DNA of 43,700 nt, from assembly GCF_964194155.1 (NCBI RefSeq), contig NW_027596098.1, forward strand, positions 826,301 through 870,000. The letters are read 5' to 3'. The stretch comes from Cetorhinus maximus. Lineage: Eukaryota. Shown here one piece after another: positions 24,130 to 36,300 of this stretch. The notes beneath the pieces are model-generated. The model was not told the DNA's origin. It was given only the letters and a program-made list of their open reading frames with translations, and made no database searches. The first letter of the stretch is position 1. Every line of letters starts with the position of its first letter. The position numbers and the translations under genes were made by a program.

Positions 24130-24595
24130 TAGAACATTAAATGCAAGCTTAATGCCTCTCTCCATTATGGTACATCACTGAACTCACATCCACAAAAATT
24201 CACTGTCTCCAACACCGACACACAGTGGCAGCTCTTTGTAAGGCACTCAAGGTGCACTGCAGGAACTTACCAATGCTCTTCACACTGAATTATTCATGTC
24301 CCCGGCCACTATATCAATAGCTCAAGGAAAGCAAACACATGGAAACACAACCACTAGGGTGTTATGCTCCACACCACGCACCATCGTGAATTGAAATGTT
24401 ATTGCCATTGCTTCATTGTCGATGATTGAAAATGCTACAACTCCCTTCCGAACAGCGCTGAGTTTCCGCACGTCACCAGGAGTGCAGTAGTTAAAGAAGG
24501 AAATTCACCACCACCTTTACAAGAGCATTTTGCGATGCGAAACTCATGCTGGTCCATCCGGACATGCACACATTCCATCAACATATATTTAAAAA
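24130..24595 (+). mobile_element. 3' fragment of the same CR1-group LINE family
   Basis: Collinear with 21530-22000 (aaaattcactgtctccaacaccg..., ggagtgcagtagttaaagaagg..caccaccacc). Confidence 0.7.
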
Positions 24596-25219
24596 TTAAT
24601 TAATTACTCTTAGAGTTGCTGTGTGAAAAGCAGTTCCAACTGGATCCTGAACGCGAAATGGATGAAAGAAGCGATATTTGACTCAAAGTTCATTTGCAAA
24701 CTGAATTCCATATAAACAGCAGTTTATTTGCTGAGAGCGGCCCCTGTAGTTAGAGCTTTGTTCCAGGGGTTACACTCTCCATGGGATACAATCCTGACAG
24801 GATAACGGTTTGCTTTGTAACCGATCTCCAGATTTTTCTCAATTCAGCATTAACGATTAGAAACAAATGTTTTCTGAGGAAATCCATCTGACGTGTTCAG
24901 GATCATTGTATCTTTTTCTCCCCCATCGTCCAAATGTTTGTTGAACAATCTCTAGCTTTCCGCAACATCCCCCCCCGCCCCACCCCCTTCCCACCCCCAC
25001 CCCACACCCCCATCCCTACCCTAAATGTAATTCTGTTCCGCACGGTGATCACTATCTGTGTACAGTGCTTTCTGAAATTAATCTTCATTCAGTTTTTACC
25101 AGTTAAATCCATGTCTGTTTTTTATCTACAATGACGGGTATCAGCATTACCCTCGTCGATTCACACTCAGTTTTCTGACCAGCAACAATGAAGCAACGGT
25201 GACATAGTTACAACTCAGA

Positions 25220-26620
25220 TTTGTGAGTAGCTTGAAGGGGAGCTTCTGTCTGGTAGACTCCCTATGTGTATGGTGGCCTTGTCCTGCTGGATGTCAGTGG
25301 TCATTGGTTTTGAAGTTGGTGGAGAAGGCGCCTTGGTGAGTTACTGCAGTGCATCTAGCAGATGGTACACACAAATTCCACTGTGACACGGTGGCGCAGC
25401 GGCTAGGTGATGAATGAGGTGGATGGTGTGCCAATCAAGCGAGATACTTTGACCTAGATGTTCTGGACCAACCTGAGTGTTCTGGTTGCTACACTCATCC
25501 AGGCGAGTGGAGCACATTGAACCAAACGGTCAACCTCTGCCTTGTAGATTGTGAATATGTATGGGGAGTTAGGTGGTGTGTAATTCCACAAATGATTCGT
25601 TACCTCTGACATGCTCTTGAAGCCACATTATTTATATGGCTACTCCAAATCAGTTTCTGGTCAACGGTAACCAAAGACTGCTGCTAGAGAGGGATTCAGT
25701 GAAAGATTTGTCAATCAAGTTGAATGGGTAATATTTACTCTTTCTTCCTGGAGACGTTAATTGCCTAGCACTTGTATGACACGAATGTTACATGTCACTT
25801 ATCAGCCCACAACTGAATGTTGTCCAAGTCTTGCTGCATTTCGGCTCAGTCTGCTTCAGCATCTGAGGAGAAACAAATGGCAATGAACACTGTGCACTCA
25901 TCAGTGAACACGCCCACTTCTGACATTCTGATGGATGGAAGGTGAGCTCTGAAGAGGCTTAAGATTATAGGCCTTGGAAAGTACCCTGATAAAATTATGT
26001 AGTGATGTCGTGGAACTGTGATTATTGACGGACAACAACCTCAAACATTTTCCTTTGTCCGAGGTGTAAGTCCAACTAGAGGAGCGTTTTTTCTTCGTGA
26101 TTCCCATTAACCTCATTTTACCACGGCTAATTGATGCCACACTTAGTCAAGTGCTACATTGATGTCATGGGCAGTAACACTAACCCTCACGTCTAGAGTC
26201 AGCTCTGTGTCCATGTTTGGATTAAACAATGTAAATAGGTCATTAGCTGAATGATGCTTGTGCAGCCCAAACTGAGCGTTGGCGAGCAGATTATTGCTGA
26301 GTTGAAATGTGAAAGTTTCGATCAGGCTTTGCAATACTTTACTGATGATCGAGTTCAGAATGATGGAGCCACCAGTTGCCAATGTGGATTTGTCATGTTT
26401 GTGTACAGGACATGCCAGGAAAACATAGGGGTTAAGATTCCACAGTTGTAACTATACTGGAAGAGCTTGGATAGAGGCGTCACAAATGCTGGAGCAGAAG
26501 TCTTCAATACTATTGATGAAAGATTGTCAGGGCCCATAGACTTTGCGGTACACTGTGCTATTAGCCATTCCTGGATACACGTGGATTCAACCGAATTGGC
26601 TGCAGCTTTACGCAAATTTC
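25220..26620 (-). mobile_element. CR1-group LINE remnant, reverse orientation
   Basis: KSMGPDNLSSIVLKTSAPAFVTPLSKLFQYSYNCGI (ORF 26355-26684) and NNLLANAQFG..HSANDL..AHDINVALD (ORF 26143-26382). Confidence 0.85.
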
Positions 26621-27095
26621 CAATTAACGAGTCACATTCTACTTTAAGGCCACAGAATATATTATTTAGACATTCACCAATCAACTTTCAGCTTAATGTT
26701 AAAATTGAATTTCTGCTTCTGACGTTATATTTTGATTTATATTTCTTAGGTTTATTTTATATATGCCCAAAATTAAAATTCACGTAGATGGATGGACATC
26801 TCTAACTTATGTTCAGGATGTTTGATAATCAATTCAAATCAGTTGAAATATTATTGTTAATGGATCGAGACCTGTAAAATCATTAAAGCCTCTTCCATGA
26901 TATTAAACATTGGTAGGAAAACCTTGTGAACTTGCTGTGTTCAATACAATGCGACTAATTTGTAACAGAAACAGTCAGTTCCCATGGAAACTCACATTAT
27001 TTACAGTCCGTGCTGGGAAAGCATGATCTAATTTTCCTTAGGAAAACTGTAAATTTCAGCTTCCAACCAAATGCATTTTAGTGACCTCAATGCAG

Positions 27096-27403
27096 GTACA
27101 ATACTGGCCGAACGTTTACTGTTGTGACCCGTACAATTACAAGGGTGACAACGTTTATACATGGATCCTTGTCTGTATCGACCCCACACTCCGGCAGCAG
27201 GAATTGCGGTGGCAGAGGGCGGATGGTATGGAGTGAAGATAAAGACCATTACCGTGACGTTGGGAGGCCTGTTTGGGATCTTCCTGAACCACAATCAAGG
27301 CGAGATAAGGACAGCTCCCCATTCCGACGGGTGAAATTCGGGAACCTATTTTGCATCGAAAGAATGCTCATGAACGGGCAATCAGACCCACCTCTTCTAG
27401 CCG
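27096..27403 (+). pseudogene. Decayed VJ-type immunoglobulin-superfamily exon, NKp30 (NCR3)-like
   Basis: After the acceptor tgcAG (27095), one phase-1 frame reads TILAERLLL*PVQLQG*QRLYMDPCLYRPHTPAAGIAVAEGGWYGVKIKTITVTLGGLFGIFLNHNQGEIRTAPHSDG*NSGTYFASKECS*TGNQTHLF*. It shows a B-strand PC, C-strand WY, FLNHNQGEI (cf. NKp30 FLHDHQAEL), (D)SGTYF[C] and TGNQTHL (cf. GTGNGTRL). Five stops. Confidence 0.55.
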
Positions 27404-30400
27404 GTCAAAGCACCACACCCTATCCATCAGGAATTGTCACCATTCGGATTCCGTGCCTCGCAAACCTGGCATGCACCGGATAAGGGTGAACTAACTTGGC
27501 TGGAACTGAAGTCTGCACTGCCCATTCAGTCCAATTTTCTGGGTGCCGGGATCTGAGGTGCGAAGGCGAGGAGCGGGAGAAAGGCATGAATTAAGGAATG
27601 CCGTGGGGGCTTAAAAGGCAGCAGGGGTGTAGAAACAGCTCAGAAAAGTGGGGGAGTTGGTGGTGAGAAAGGCGAATCTAAAACTGGGTGTGGGTGATGT
27701 GCAAGAGGGAAAGCCATGGAAGGGAGAGGGAGGTGTTTTGTAAAGGGTGGAATGTCTCCAAAGGGAAGTGTGGAAGGTTGTCTGTAAAGGGGAATGTGAA
27801 AGGTGGTCTGCAAAAGGGAGGTTCGAAGTTGTCATGTAAAGGGGCGTTTCTAATGTGCTCTTTAATGTGTAGTCTGAAAGGTGACCTGTAAATCTGGGTT
27901 TACAAGGTGATCTGTAAATTGGTGTGGAAGGAGCTCTATCAACGTGGTGTGGAAGGTGGTCTCTAAAGGGAGCTCTTGTAGGTTGTCTGTAAACTGAATG
28001 TAGAATGTGGTGTGTAACCTGTGGTATGAAAGGTGGTCTGTAATAGGTAGGGTGTAGAAGGTGATTAGCAAGGGAGTTGTGGAAGATGGCCTGTAAAGTC
28101 CATGTGTAAGATGATATTTAAAGGGGGCTCGTAAGGCGGTGGGCAACTTGTGGTGTGGAAGAGGGCCTGTACGAGGTAGGATGTAGAAGGTGATCAGCAA
28201 GGTGTGTGCGGAATGTGGTCTGTAAGGTGCTGAGAAAAGCGATCTTAAAAGTGGGTATTGAAGCCGCGCCATTAAAATGAAGGAATGGAAGAAAGGCTGT
28301 TAAGCGGGGGTGTGCAGCATGGACTGTAAGGTGCGAGTGTGGAAGTTACTCTGTGAAGTGGAGGTGTGGAAGTTAGCCTGAAAAGTTTCGGTGTGGAAAT
28401 GCTTTTGTAAAGCAGGGGCATCGAAGCTGGTCTGTAAAGTGGGGCTGTTGAAGGTGGTCTGTAAATTGGGGGCGTGGAAGGTGGTCAGTTATGTGAGAGT
28501 GTTGCAGGTGTACAGTAAATTGGGGGTGTCGAATATGAGCTGAAAAGTGGGGTGTGGACGGTGGCATTTATGCGGTGGTCGGTAAAGTTTGATCAGCAAG
28601 GTCTCTATGGAATGCTACCTGCCAATGGGTTTTGAAATGTGGTATGTCAAGAGAGTGTGGAAGGTGAGCTGTAATGTGAGGGTGTGGAAGGTGGTCTGTT
28701 AGGTGGGTATTTCGAATTTTTTCTGTTAAGTGTGGGTGTAAAAGATGACCTGTAAATTGAGGGTGTGGAAGATGGTCTGTAAAGTGGGGGTGAGGAAAAT
28801 TGGAAAATACTCTGTAAATTTCGGGTATGCATGGTGGCCTGTAAAGTGGGTGTGAGGAATGTGGTCTGAAAAATGGGTGTATGGAAGGTGGACTTTAAAG
28901 AGGTTACTTGATGTTGGTCTTTAAAGTGGGAGATAGGAAGTTGGAACGTAAATTTGGTTGTTGAAGATTACCTGTGGAGGTAGGGTTTGGAATATGATAG
29001 TTAAAGGGAGAATGCAAGATAATCGGTATAGAATATATGGATGGTGGACTCTAAAGGGGGGTGTGAATGGTGGGCTGCAAGGTGGGTGCTGAAGGTGACC
29101 TGAAAAGATGGTTGTAGATTGTGATCTGTATAGTCGGTGTTGATGTGGTCTGAAAAAAACTGGCAAGCAGGATGGTCCATAAAGTTGGGGTGTGTATGGT
29201 GGTCTTTAAAGGGATGTATGAAATGTGATCTGCAAAGGTCGCTGTGGAAGCTTGTCTGTAAAGGGTTGTATAAGGTGGTCTGCGAAGCGGGTTGTGGAAT
29301 GTGGTCTGCAAACTGGGATGTGTACGGTGGTCTGTCAGCAGTGGGTTGTGGAAGGTCATCTGCAAGGTGGTGTGGAATGTGGCCTGTAAATGGATTGGAT
29401 AATGTGGTCTGTATATTGGGGGCATTGACTTCGGTCTGAAAGGGGGGTGAATAATCCTCTGTAAAGGGCTGGATGTGGAATTTGATTGCAAGAGTGCTGT
29501 GGAATGTGTTCTGCCAAGAGGGTGTTCAAGGTGTACTCTAAATTGGGGCCGTGGAAGCTGGCCAGCGAAGGGTGGTGTGGTTGATAATCTGCAGAGGGCC
29601 GAATGAGGAAGGTCGTCTGAAAAGTGTGGGGGGCGTGGAATTCGGCCTGTAATTTTGAATATTGGAAGGTGGTTTTTAAACTGGAATGGGTGTGCAATTG
29701 GGTCCGTAAAGGCAGTATGCAAAATCACCCTCATAGGGGATTGCGGAATGTGGTCTGTAAAGTGGGCTGTGTTTGGTGGCCTTCAAAGGGGGCGTGGAAA
29801 GTGGTCTGTAAAACGGGATGTGGCATGTGTCTAGAAATGTGGGTGAGGGGGGAGGGGGGCGCTGTTGGTGGATGGTGGTACGCAAATTAGGGGTGTGGAA
29901 AGTGGTCTGTAAAATGCGGTTCAGGGTGATGTTTTATGAAATGGAATGTGGAAGGTATTATGTAAAGTTGGGTTGTGCAAGTTATTCTGTAAAATGGGGT
30001 TAAGGGTGATGTTATTTAAAGGATCGGTCTGGAAGGCTCACTGTAAATTTGGGGTGTGTATGGTGTTCTGTAACGTGGATGTGGGGAAGGTGATCTGGAA
30101 AGCCAGGTGTGGATGGTCTTGCATAATGCGAGGATGTGGAAAGTGGTCTATAACGTGGGGGCCTGCAAGGTGGTCAGCAACTGCAGTTGTGGCCCGGAAA
30201 GTGCAGTGTGGGAGGTATTCTTTTAAGTGGGGTGCGGATGGCGGAGAATAATGGACAGTGTACATTGTGGTCCATAAAAGGAGGGATGGGGGGGGGGGGG
30301 GGGGGGGGCGGGAAAGGGATGTGGTAGCTGGTCTGTAAAGGTAAGTTTGGAAGGTGTTTTTTAATTGTGGGTGCTTGTGAAATTCGGACAGTAAAGCTGG

Positions 30401-31522
30401 CATTGTAATCTGATCCTTATATGGGAATGTAGAATGCGCTCTTTAAGTTGGGCTGTAGTTGGTGGTCTTTAAATGGGGTTTGGAAGTTTGTCTTTAAAGA
30501 GGATGTGAATGTTCCAATGTGAAAGGTATGTGGAAGCTGTAAAGGGGCTATGGAAGTTGGCTGAAAAGATGGATATGGAAGGTGGTCTGTAAAGTGTGGA
30601 TTTGCGGAATGTTGTGTGAAGGGAGAAGTGGAAGCTGTTCTGTAAAGTGGGGTTGTGGAATGTGGTCTACAATGTGGGGGTGCAGAAAGTGTTCCAAAAT
30701 GTCGGAGTGTGCAGGTTGCTCTGTAAAGGACGTTTAGAAGATGATCTGTTAAGTGTTTTGTGCATGGTGTGCTGTAAAGGGGTGTGCGATAGGTGAAATG
30801 TAAATAGGGCATGTGAAAGGTGTTCTTGAAATGGAGGTGAGGAATCTGGAATTAAAAGTTGGGTGTGGAAGATCATCTGTAAAGTCGATGTTTGAAAGGT
30901 GTTCTGTAAATTGAGAGTGGGAAGATTCTCTTAAACGGCGGGTTTGGAAGGTGGACTGCAAAGAGGGGTGCCAAATATAGCCATTAATTGGGCGTGTCTG
31001 TAAAGTGCCGATGTGGAACGTGTTATGTGATGCGAGGGTGTGCAAGTTGGTTGATAATGAGGGTGTGGAAAGTGTTCTGCAAAGTGGGCGTGTAGAAGGT
31101 GGCCTTTAAAGGAGGTATGAGGAAGTTGGTCTGTAAAGTGGGAGTGTGGAAGAGCTTCTCTAAAGTGGAGGTTTAAAGGTGGTCTGTTAATTGGGGTGAA
31201 GAAGATGGTTTTTAATTAGGGGTGTGAAAGGTAGAATGTAAAGAGGTGTGAAGAGGTGTTCTGTAAAGTCGGATGAGGAAGGTGGATTTAAAGGGCTCTG
31301 TAGAATGTGGCCTTTAATGTAGCATGTGGAAGTTGATCTGTAAAGTGAGGGTGTGGAATGTTGTCTATAATCTGGGGGCTTGCAAGGGTCTTTGGGTGAT
31401 GGACCGTTAAGTGGGTGAGTGGAAGCGGTTTTTAAAGGAGGGTGTGGAAGGTGGTTTGCAATGTGATGCTAGGAATGTGGTATATCACAAAGAGTAGGAA
31501 TAAATGGGTATTTTTCGAAGAC

Positions 31523-32010
31523 GGGAGGGGGAGCGAGAGGGAGAGGGAGAGTAGAGCAGAGGAGAGAAGAGGTCGAGGAGATGGAGGGGATGGAGGGAGA
31601 GGAGAGGAGAGCAGAGGGAGAGGAGAGGGAGAGGAGTGGAGAGGAGAGGAGAGGTTAGGAGAGGGAGAGGGAGAGAGTGAGGGAGAGGAGTGGGAGATGG
31701 AGAGGAGAGGAGAGGGAGAGAAGAGGAGGAGGGAGAGGAGAATATAGGAGAGGGAGAGGAGAGGAGGGGAGAGGAGAGGAGAGGAGATGACAGGGAGAGG
31801 GAGAGGGAGAGTTGACGTGAAAGAGGAGAGGAGAGGAGCGGAGAGGGAGAGTAGAGGGTGAGGGAGAGGAGAGGACAGGGAGAGGAGGGACTAGGGAGAG
31901 GGAGAGGGGAAGGAGATGGAGAGGAGAGGAGAGGATAGGGAGAGGAGTGGGAGAGGAGAGGGAGAGGGGTGGAGAGGAGAGGGAGTGGAGAGGGAGAGGA
32001 GGGGGTAGAG
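31523..32010. repeat. (GGAGA/GGGAGA)n polypurine microsatellite
   Basis: About 490 nt of almost pure G/A. Confidence 0.95.
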
Positions 32011-32356
32011 ACTAAGTGTAGATTCTGGAAGGATGTTCCTGATGGTGGGGGAGTCCAGATGCAGGGTGCACAGTCTTAATATACGAGGTAAACAATTTCG
32101 GACTTAGATAAGGTGAAATTTCATCACCCAGAGAGAAACGAGCCTATGGAATTCGCTGCCACAGAATGAATTTGAGAGCAAAATATTGCATGTTTTCAAG
32201 AATGACATGGATATTGATGTTGGAGTGAAAGGTATCATAGGAGGGAGAATGCGGGATTAGGCTATTGATTTGGATGATCAGCCATGATCATAATGAATGG
32301 TGCAGCAGTCTAGAAGGGCCAAATTGTGTATACCTGCTCCTGTTTTCTATGTTCCT
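32010..32356 (+). mobile_element. CR1/HER1-type LINE 3' end
   Basis: ggaaggatgttcctgatggtgggggagtccag..gatcagccatgatcataatgaatggtgcagcag..cctgctcctgttttctatgtt. Confidence 0.85.
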
Positions 32357-33128
32357 TTAATGGGTGATGTGTGCAATTTGGTATGTAAGTGGTTTTAGGA
32401 GATTGGCTGTAAAGTGAGGGTGTGGAAGACGGTCTGTAATTTCAGGTTGTGGAAGATGGACTCCAAAGAGGACTGTGGAGGATCGTCTGTAAAATGGGCC
32501 GCAAATGGTGGTATTTAAAGCGAGGGTGAGGAAGAAAGTATTTGACGGTTGTGTAGAAGCTGGACTGTAACATGGCGCTGTGGAACGTAGTCAGTTAAGT
32601 GGTCTCGATTTTCGGGTTGTGGAACATGGACCTGCAATTTGCGGTATGGAAGTTTGTCTGTAAATTGGGGTCAGGAAAATTGTTTAAAAAGTAATGCTTT
32701 TTGAAAATGGACTCTAAATTCTAATTGAAGAAGGTGGTCTGTAAAGTTCGGGGGGCTCTAAATTGTTGTTTCTAAATTGGGTCTGTGCAAAGGGGTCTGT
32801 AGATTTGTGTATGGGGATGGCATATAACGGGTTGTGATTACTTTAATATTTGAAGTGGATCTGCAATGTTGTCTGTAATTGGGTCTGGGTGTGTGGGTTA
32901 TGGTATGTGACGATGGGTGTGTAAGGCAATGTGTAAACGGGGTGTGGTCTGTGGTCTGTAAACGGGTTTGGAGGTGATCTGCTAAGGAGGTATGGATGGT
33001 GATGCGTCTGCTAACATTATTTGATAACACATTAAAATGACTCCCTTGTTAATAGTAGAGGGTAACTGTTCAATGACAAAATTAGGATCCATGAAGAGTT
33101 GCATTAATTACAGTCACTGAAGAAACAG

Positions 33129-33302
33129 ATAAAAACAAAGTACTGTGGCTGCTGGAAATCTGCTACAAAAACAAAAATAGCTGGAATAACTCGGCAGGTC
33201 TGACAGCATCCGAGGAGAGGAACACAGTTAACGTTTCAAGTCGTATGAATCTTCATCAGAACAACTGAAGAAGAGTCATATGGACTCGAAACTTTATAGA
33301 CC
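33129..33302 (-). mobile_element. Short Penelope-tail insertion with two opposed hammerhead motifs and a 14-bp TSD
   Basis: Flanked by CACTGAAGAAACAG (33115-33128) and CACTGAACAAACAG (33303-33316); the site is single and empty in the paralogue at ~3740. Minus strand: GTT-CTGATGA-AGATTCATACGACTT-GAAA-CGTT-AAC (33262-33227). Plus strand: CTGAAGA-A-GAGTC(ATATG)GACTC-GAAAC (33265-33292). Confidence 0.85.
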
Positions 33303-36300
33303 CACTGAACAAACAGGTTTGCTAAATGCCTTTCAAGCCAATATTATTATATTTCAATATAGTAGCGAATTTAAGTGGTAAGGTTGGCATATATGAGGGT
33401 AGCTGAGCGATGGAATGGTGGAAATGGTGAAAGCTCTGACCTTATATGTCTCTCCTCCTTCGGTATGGGCGTGCAGCTAAAGGGCTGGAGGTTTCCAAGT
33501 AACCCATTTTTATGGCAGGAAAGAGGGATAAATTCTGCAACTGCACAGCAGCCAGAATAATGTCGGTAATGGGAATCTTTCAGTTGGAAAAAGTTGTGGG
33601 CAGAAAAACGTGTTTCTTTGTAGGAAAATTAGGTTTATAAGTCATCAGAAGCACAGGCTCGTCAATGCGAAGTAATATCTGATTAACATAATGTAGAACT
33701 ATGTCGAAGTAACGAGAGTTTTGATGAGGGTAGTGATCGTAATGTTATGCCTATTATCAAATTAGGATCAGGGCATTTAATGGAGTTGTTACAGAAAATA
33801 CAAAATACATAGATACAAGGGACAGCGGCAGTGTGGATGTGACATTGATGAAGAGACAGGTCGCAGAGAGAAATGTAGGGAAGTTGAAAGTGATGCTCCC
33901 CAGGGATCGATGTCATGTGCACTGTTCTTTATGATGCAAATAAAGGACATCGGATTAAAAGCAAATGTCGTAATTCCTACAACAAGAGGTAACGGTTCTA
34001 AATTTAGATTGCCCTTGTATGACAGGCCTTTCTAGATGTGTTAGTCCCTCAGTGTTGTACCACATTTGAACTCTGCCTCAGAAGTCAGTGCAGGCGGCGT
34101 CACTGAATATGTTTCAGGCAGCGGTAGGTATATTCTTGTTAGCAAGCGTTTGAAAGGTTATTGGAAGTAAATGGAAATGTAGAATTCGAAACACAAACAC
34201 ATAACACATAATTTATTGAATAGCGGAACAGGTTTGAGGGGCTGAATAGCCTTTTTTTTTCTCCCATGTCATATCTTCATATTTGCAGAAGACAGGTAGC
34301 TGGAAATGTAAGCAGTGAGGTTACAGTAGTAAGCTTCAGGAGAATATACAGAAATTGCTGAAATTGAGAGAAACTGGAAATGGACATTTTTTTCAGGAAC
34401 GTGTGAAGGAAACATTTGGAGGAGGAATGAGGAGAGAGAAAATAAACTAACAGGGACAATTTTAAACAGGGTGCAGGAACAGAGCGGATGCATGTACACA
34501 CCTGTTTATAACGGGAATAAGATGTTAATTGGTTAGTTTAAAACACAGGGAGGATTTGTTACCTTATAAAGAATGGCAGAGCGTACAAAAGCAAAACGTT
34601 ATTTCAAGTTTGATACATCACTGGTTAGTCCTCAGCCTTGAAATTGTGTCTAATTCTGTTCAGTACAAAGTAGAAAGTATCTGAGGATCTTCGAGAGATT
34701 ACAGAGGGGATTTACTGGATTTGTGTCAGCGATGAGGGATTTGCTTTCCATGTGGAGATTAGGGAAGCTGGAATTGTTCTCCTTCGGTTAGTGAAGGGAG
34801 AAGGGGAACTGAATAGAAATCTCCAAATTAATATGGTGTTAATTATTTATTGAGACAGTAAGGACAAGCTGTTTCTACTGGAAAAATAACTTCTCGGGCT
34901 GATGATAAATATAACATCACACTATCACAAAGAAGTGCAGGGGAGGTATCCCCCGTACATTGGTCAATGTTTATCTCCCCATCAACACTACAACAAATCA
35001 GCTTATATTTCGTAAAGAGCCCACTCGAATGACAAAGAACATGTTTCTGGTTACCGCAAATGATCAGAATCTACATTGAGTCTCTGGTGACATGTATTTA
35101 CTGACGGATAATGGTCACATTAGGAGGATTTGTGTGAGAATCTTCCCCACAATGGACTGAAGGAAGGTGTCTCTCTCCCCACAAAGTGAATCGTCACCTT
35201 TCTCATACAGTAAAACAATGATGACATTTCAGAAATCTGAGGATGGGACCATATCTTCCCAGAATTTTGTTACTAATGTCAGAGACCTTGAGCAAGGCCA
35301 GGAACGCTGCCTTTGTCTCCATCCTTCAGTGAGCCAGTGAGCCAAGTGTCACCTTCCAAAGAGAACTCCCGATGCTCGAGAATTTCCGCCAGCAGTTTCA
35401 CTGCAGGATACTCAAAGTCAAGTGGTAAAAACAGGTTTAAAAAAAAAACTCCTGCTTATTCCCTGAAAGCAATTCCTCCAGTATCACAACGCTGACCATA
35501 CGAAACCAGCTCCACTTGTCTGGACACTGCATCCAGGCGTTAAACAATCAGCATCGAAGCTGATCTTTTCACAACTTCACGAGGAAACACAATCTCAAGT
35601 GGGGTAGTGAAAACGAACGTTTTAAGGACACCCCGACGGCCACATTTAAAACGTTTCAAAATGATTTATGTGTGTAGGAGGGCGTTGCCTCATTTGGCTA
35701 TCTGGGACATAATGGGGGACTGAGCACATAAAGTCTGCTGTTGAGAAGTGACAACAGAGGAAGGCGAAAGAACAACACCCGTTACTCAAAACATTCTCTT
35801 GTTCAAGGGAATTCATGTCCTCTTTGCATGGAGACGTGTGGCTCCAGGTTGACCTGTTGAGGCGCCTGTGGACAGACAAATCATTGAAGCCTGGCAGACA
35901 TCATCCTTTTTTCGAGGAACTGATGATGATGAGGTCGATGATGTGATTGCATTATTAGATAATGTAAGTACATTTAACATTATATCATTGCAATGACTAC
36001 ATGTTAAGGAAATCCCACCACCTCACCCCAACTCGTGTGCTAAATGGGTGGGATTGTGAGCAGATGCAGCCACACACAACTGAGCATCGATTCGGCGCGG
36101 TGGGCCACCAGCAGCAGCAGAATTACTTAATCTGCAATCTGTGAATTCCTCCCCTACTCCCCAGTAAAGTACCATGGGGAAATCTGCCATGGAATCTTCT
36201 AAAGAGCAGGAGGGCATTTCAGGAGCAGCACCAGCCATACTTAAAAATAAGAATTCAACGTGACGAATCTACATCACAGGTCTATGTGCGTGAAGAACTG

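Larger units (their letters stand above)
27690..33010. repeat. Large degenerate ~27-nt G/T-rich satellite array, interrupted at ~31485-32356
   Basis: Consensus approximately GGGGTGTGGAAGGTGGTCTGTAAAGTG; ctgtaaa recurs at 27-nt spacing (28432/28459, 28750/28777). Explains the many His/Pro- or Trp/Val/Cys-rich ORFs here. Confidence 0.95.

Noticed and set aside
24690-24900. Octamer-like ATTTGCAA plus TATAAA and a downstream ATG as an Ig-type promoter
   Set aside because: The octamer is imperfect, the following peptide is not leader-like, and there is no donor site.
27096-27480. Rearranging Ig/TCR V segment
   Set aside because: No CACAGTG heptamer or nonamer after the exon, and a J-like strand is already encoded in place.
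27124-27483. 119-aa ORF listed in the track
   Set aside because: It is an alternative frame over the Ig-like pseudo-exon and has no recognisable motifs apart from the out-of-frame FC.
27611-31045. Many overlapping ORFs up to 227 aa (His/Pro-rich or Trp/Val/Cys-rich)
   Set aside because: They are translations of the 27-nt satellite on both strands, with no domain signature.
27690-31480. Immunoglobulin switch-region analogue
   Set aside because: G-rich and downstream of a V-like exon, but AGCT motifs are sparse and no constant-region exons are present.
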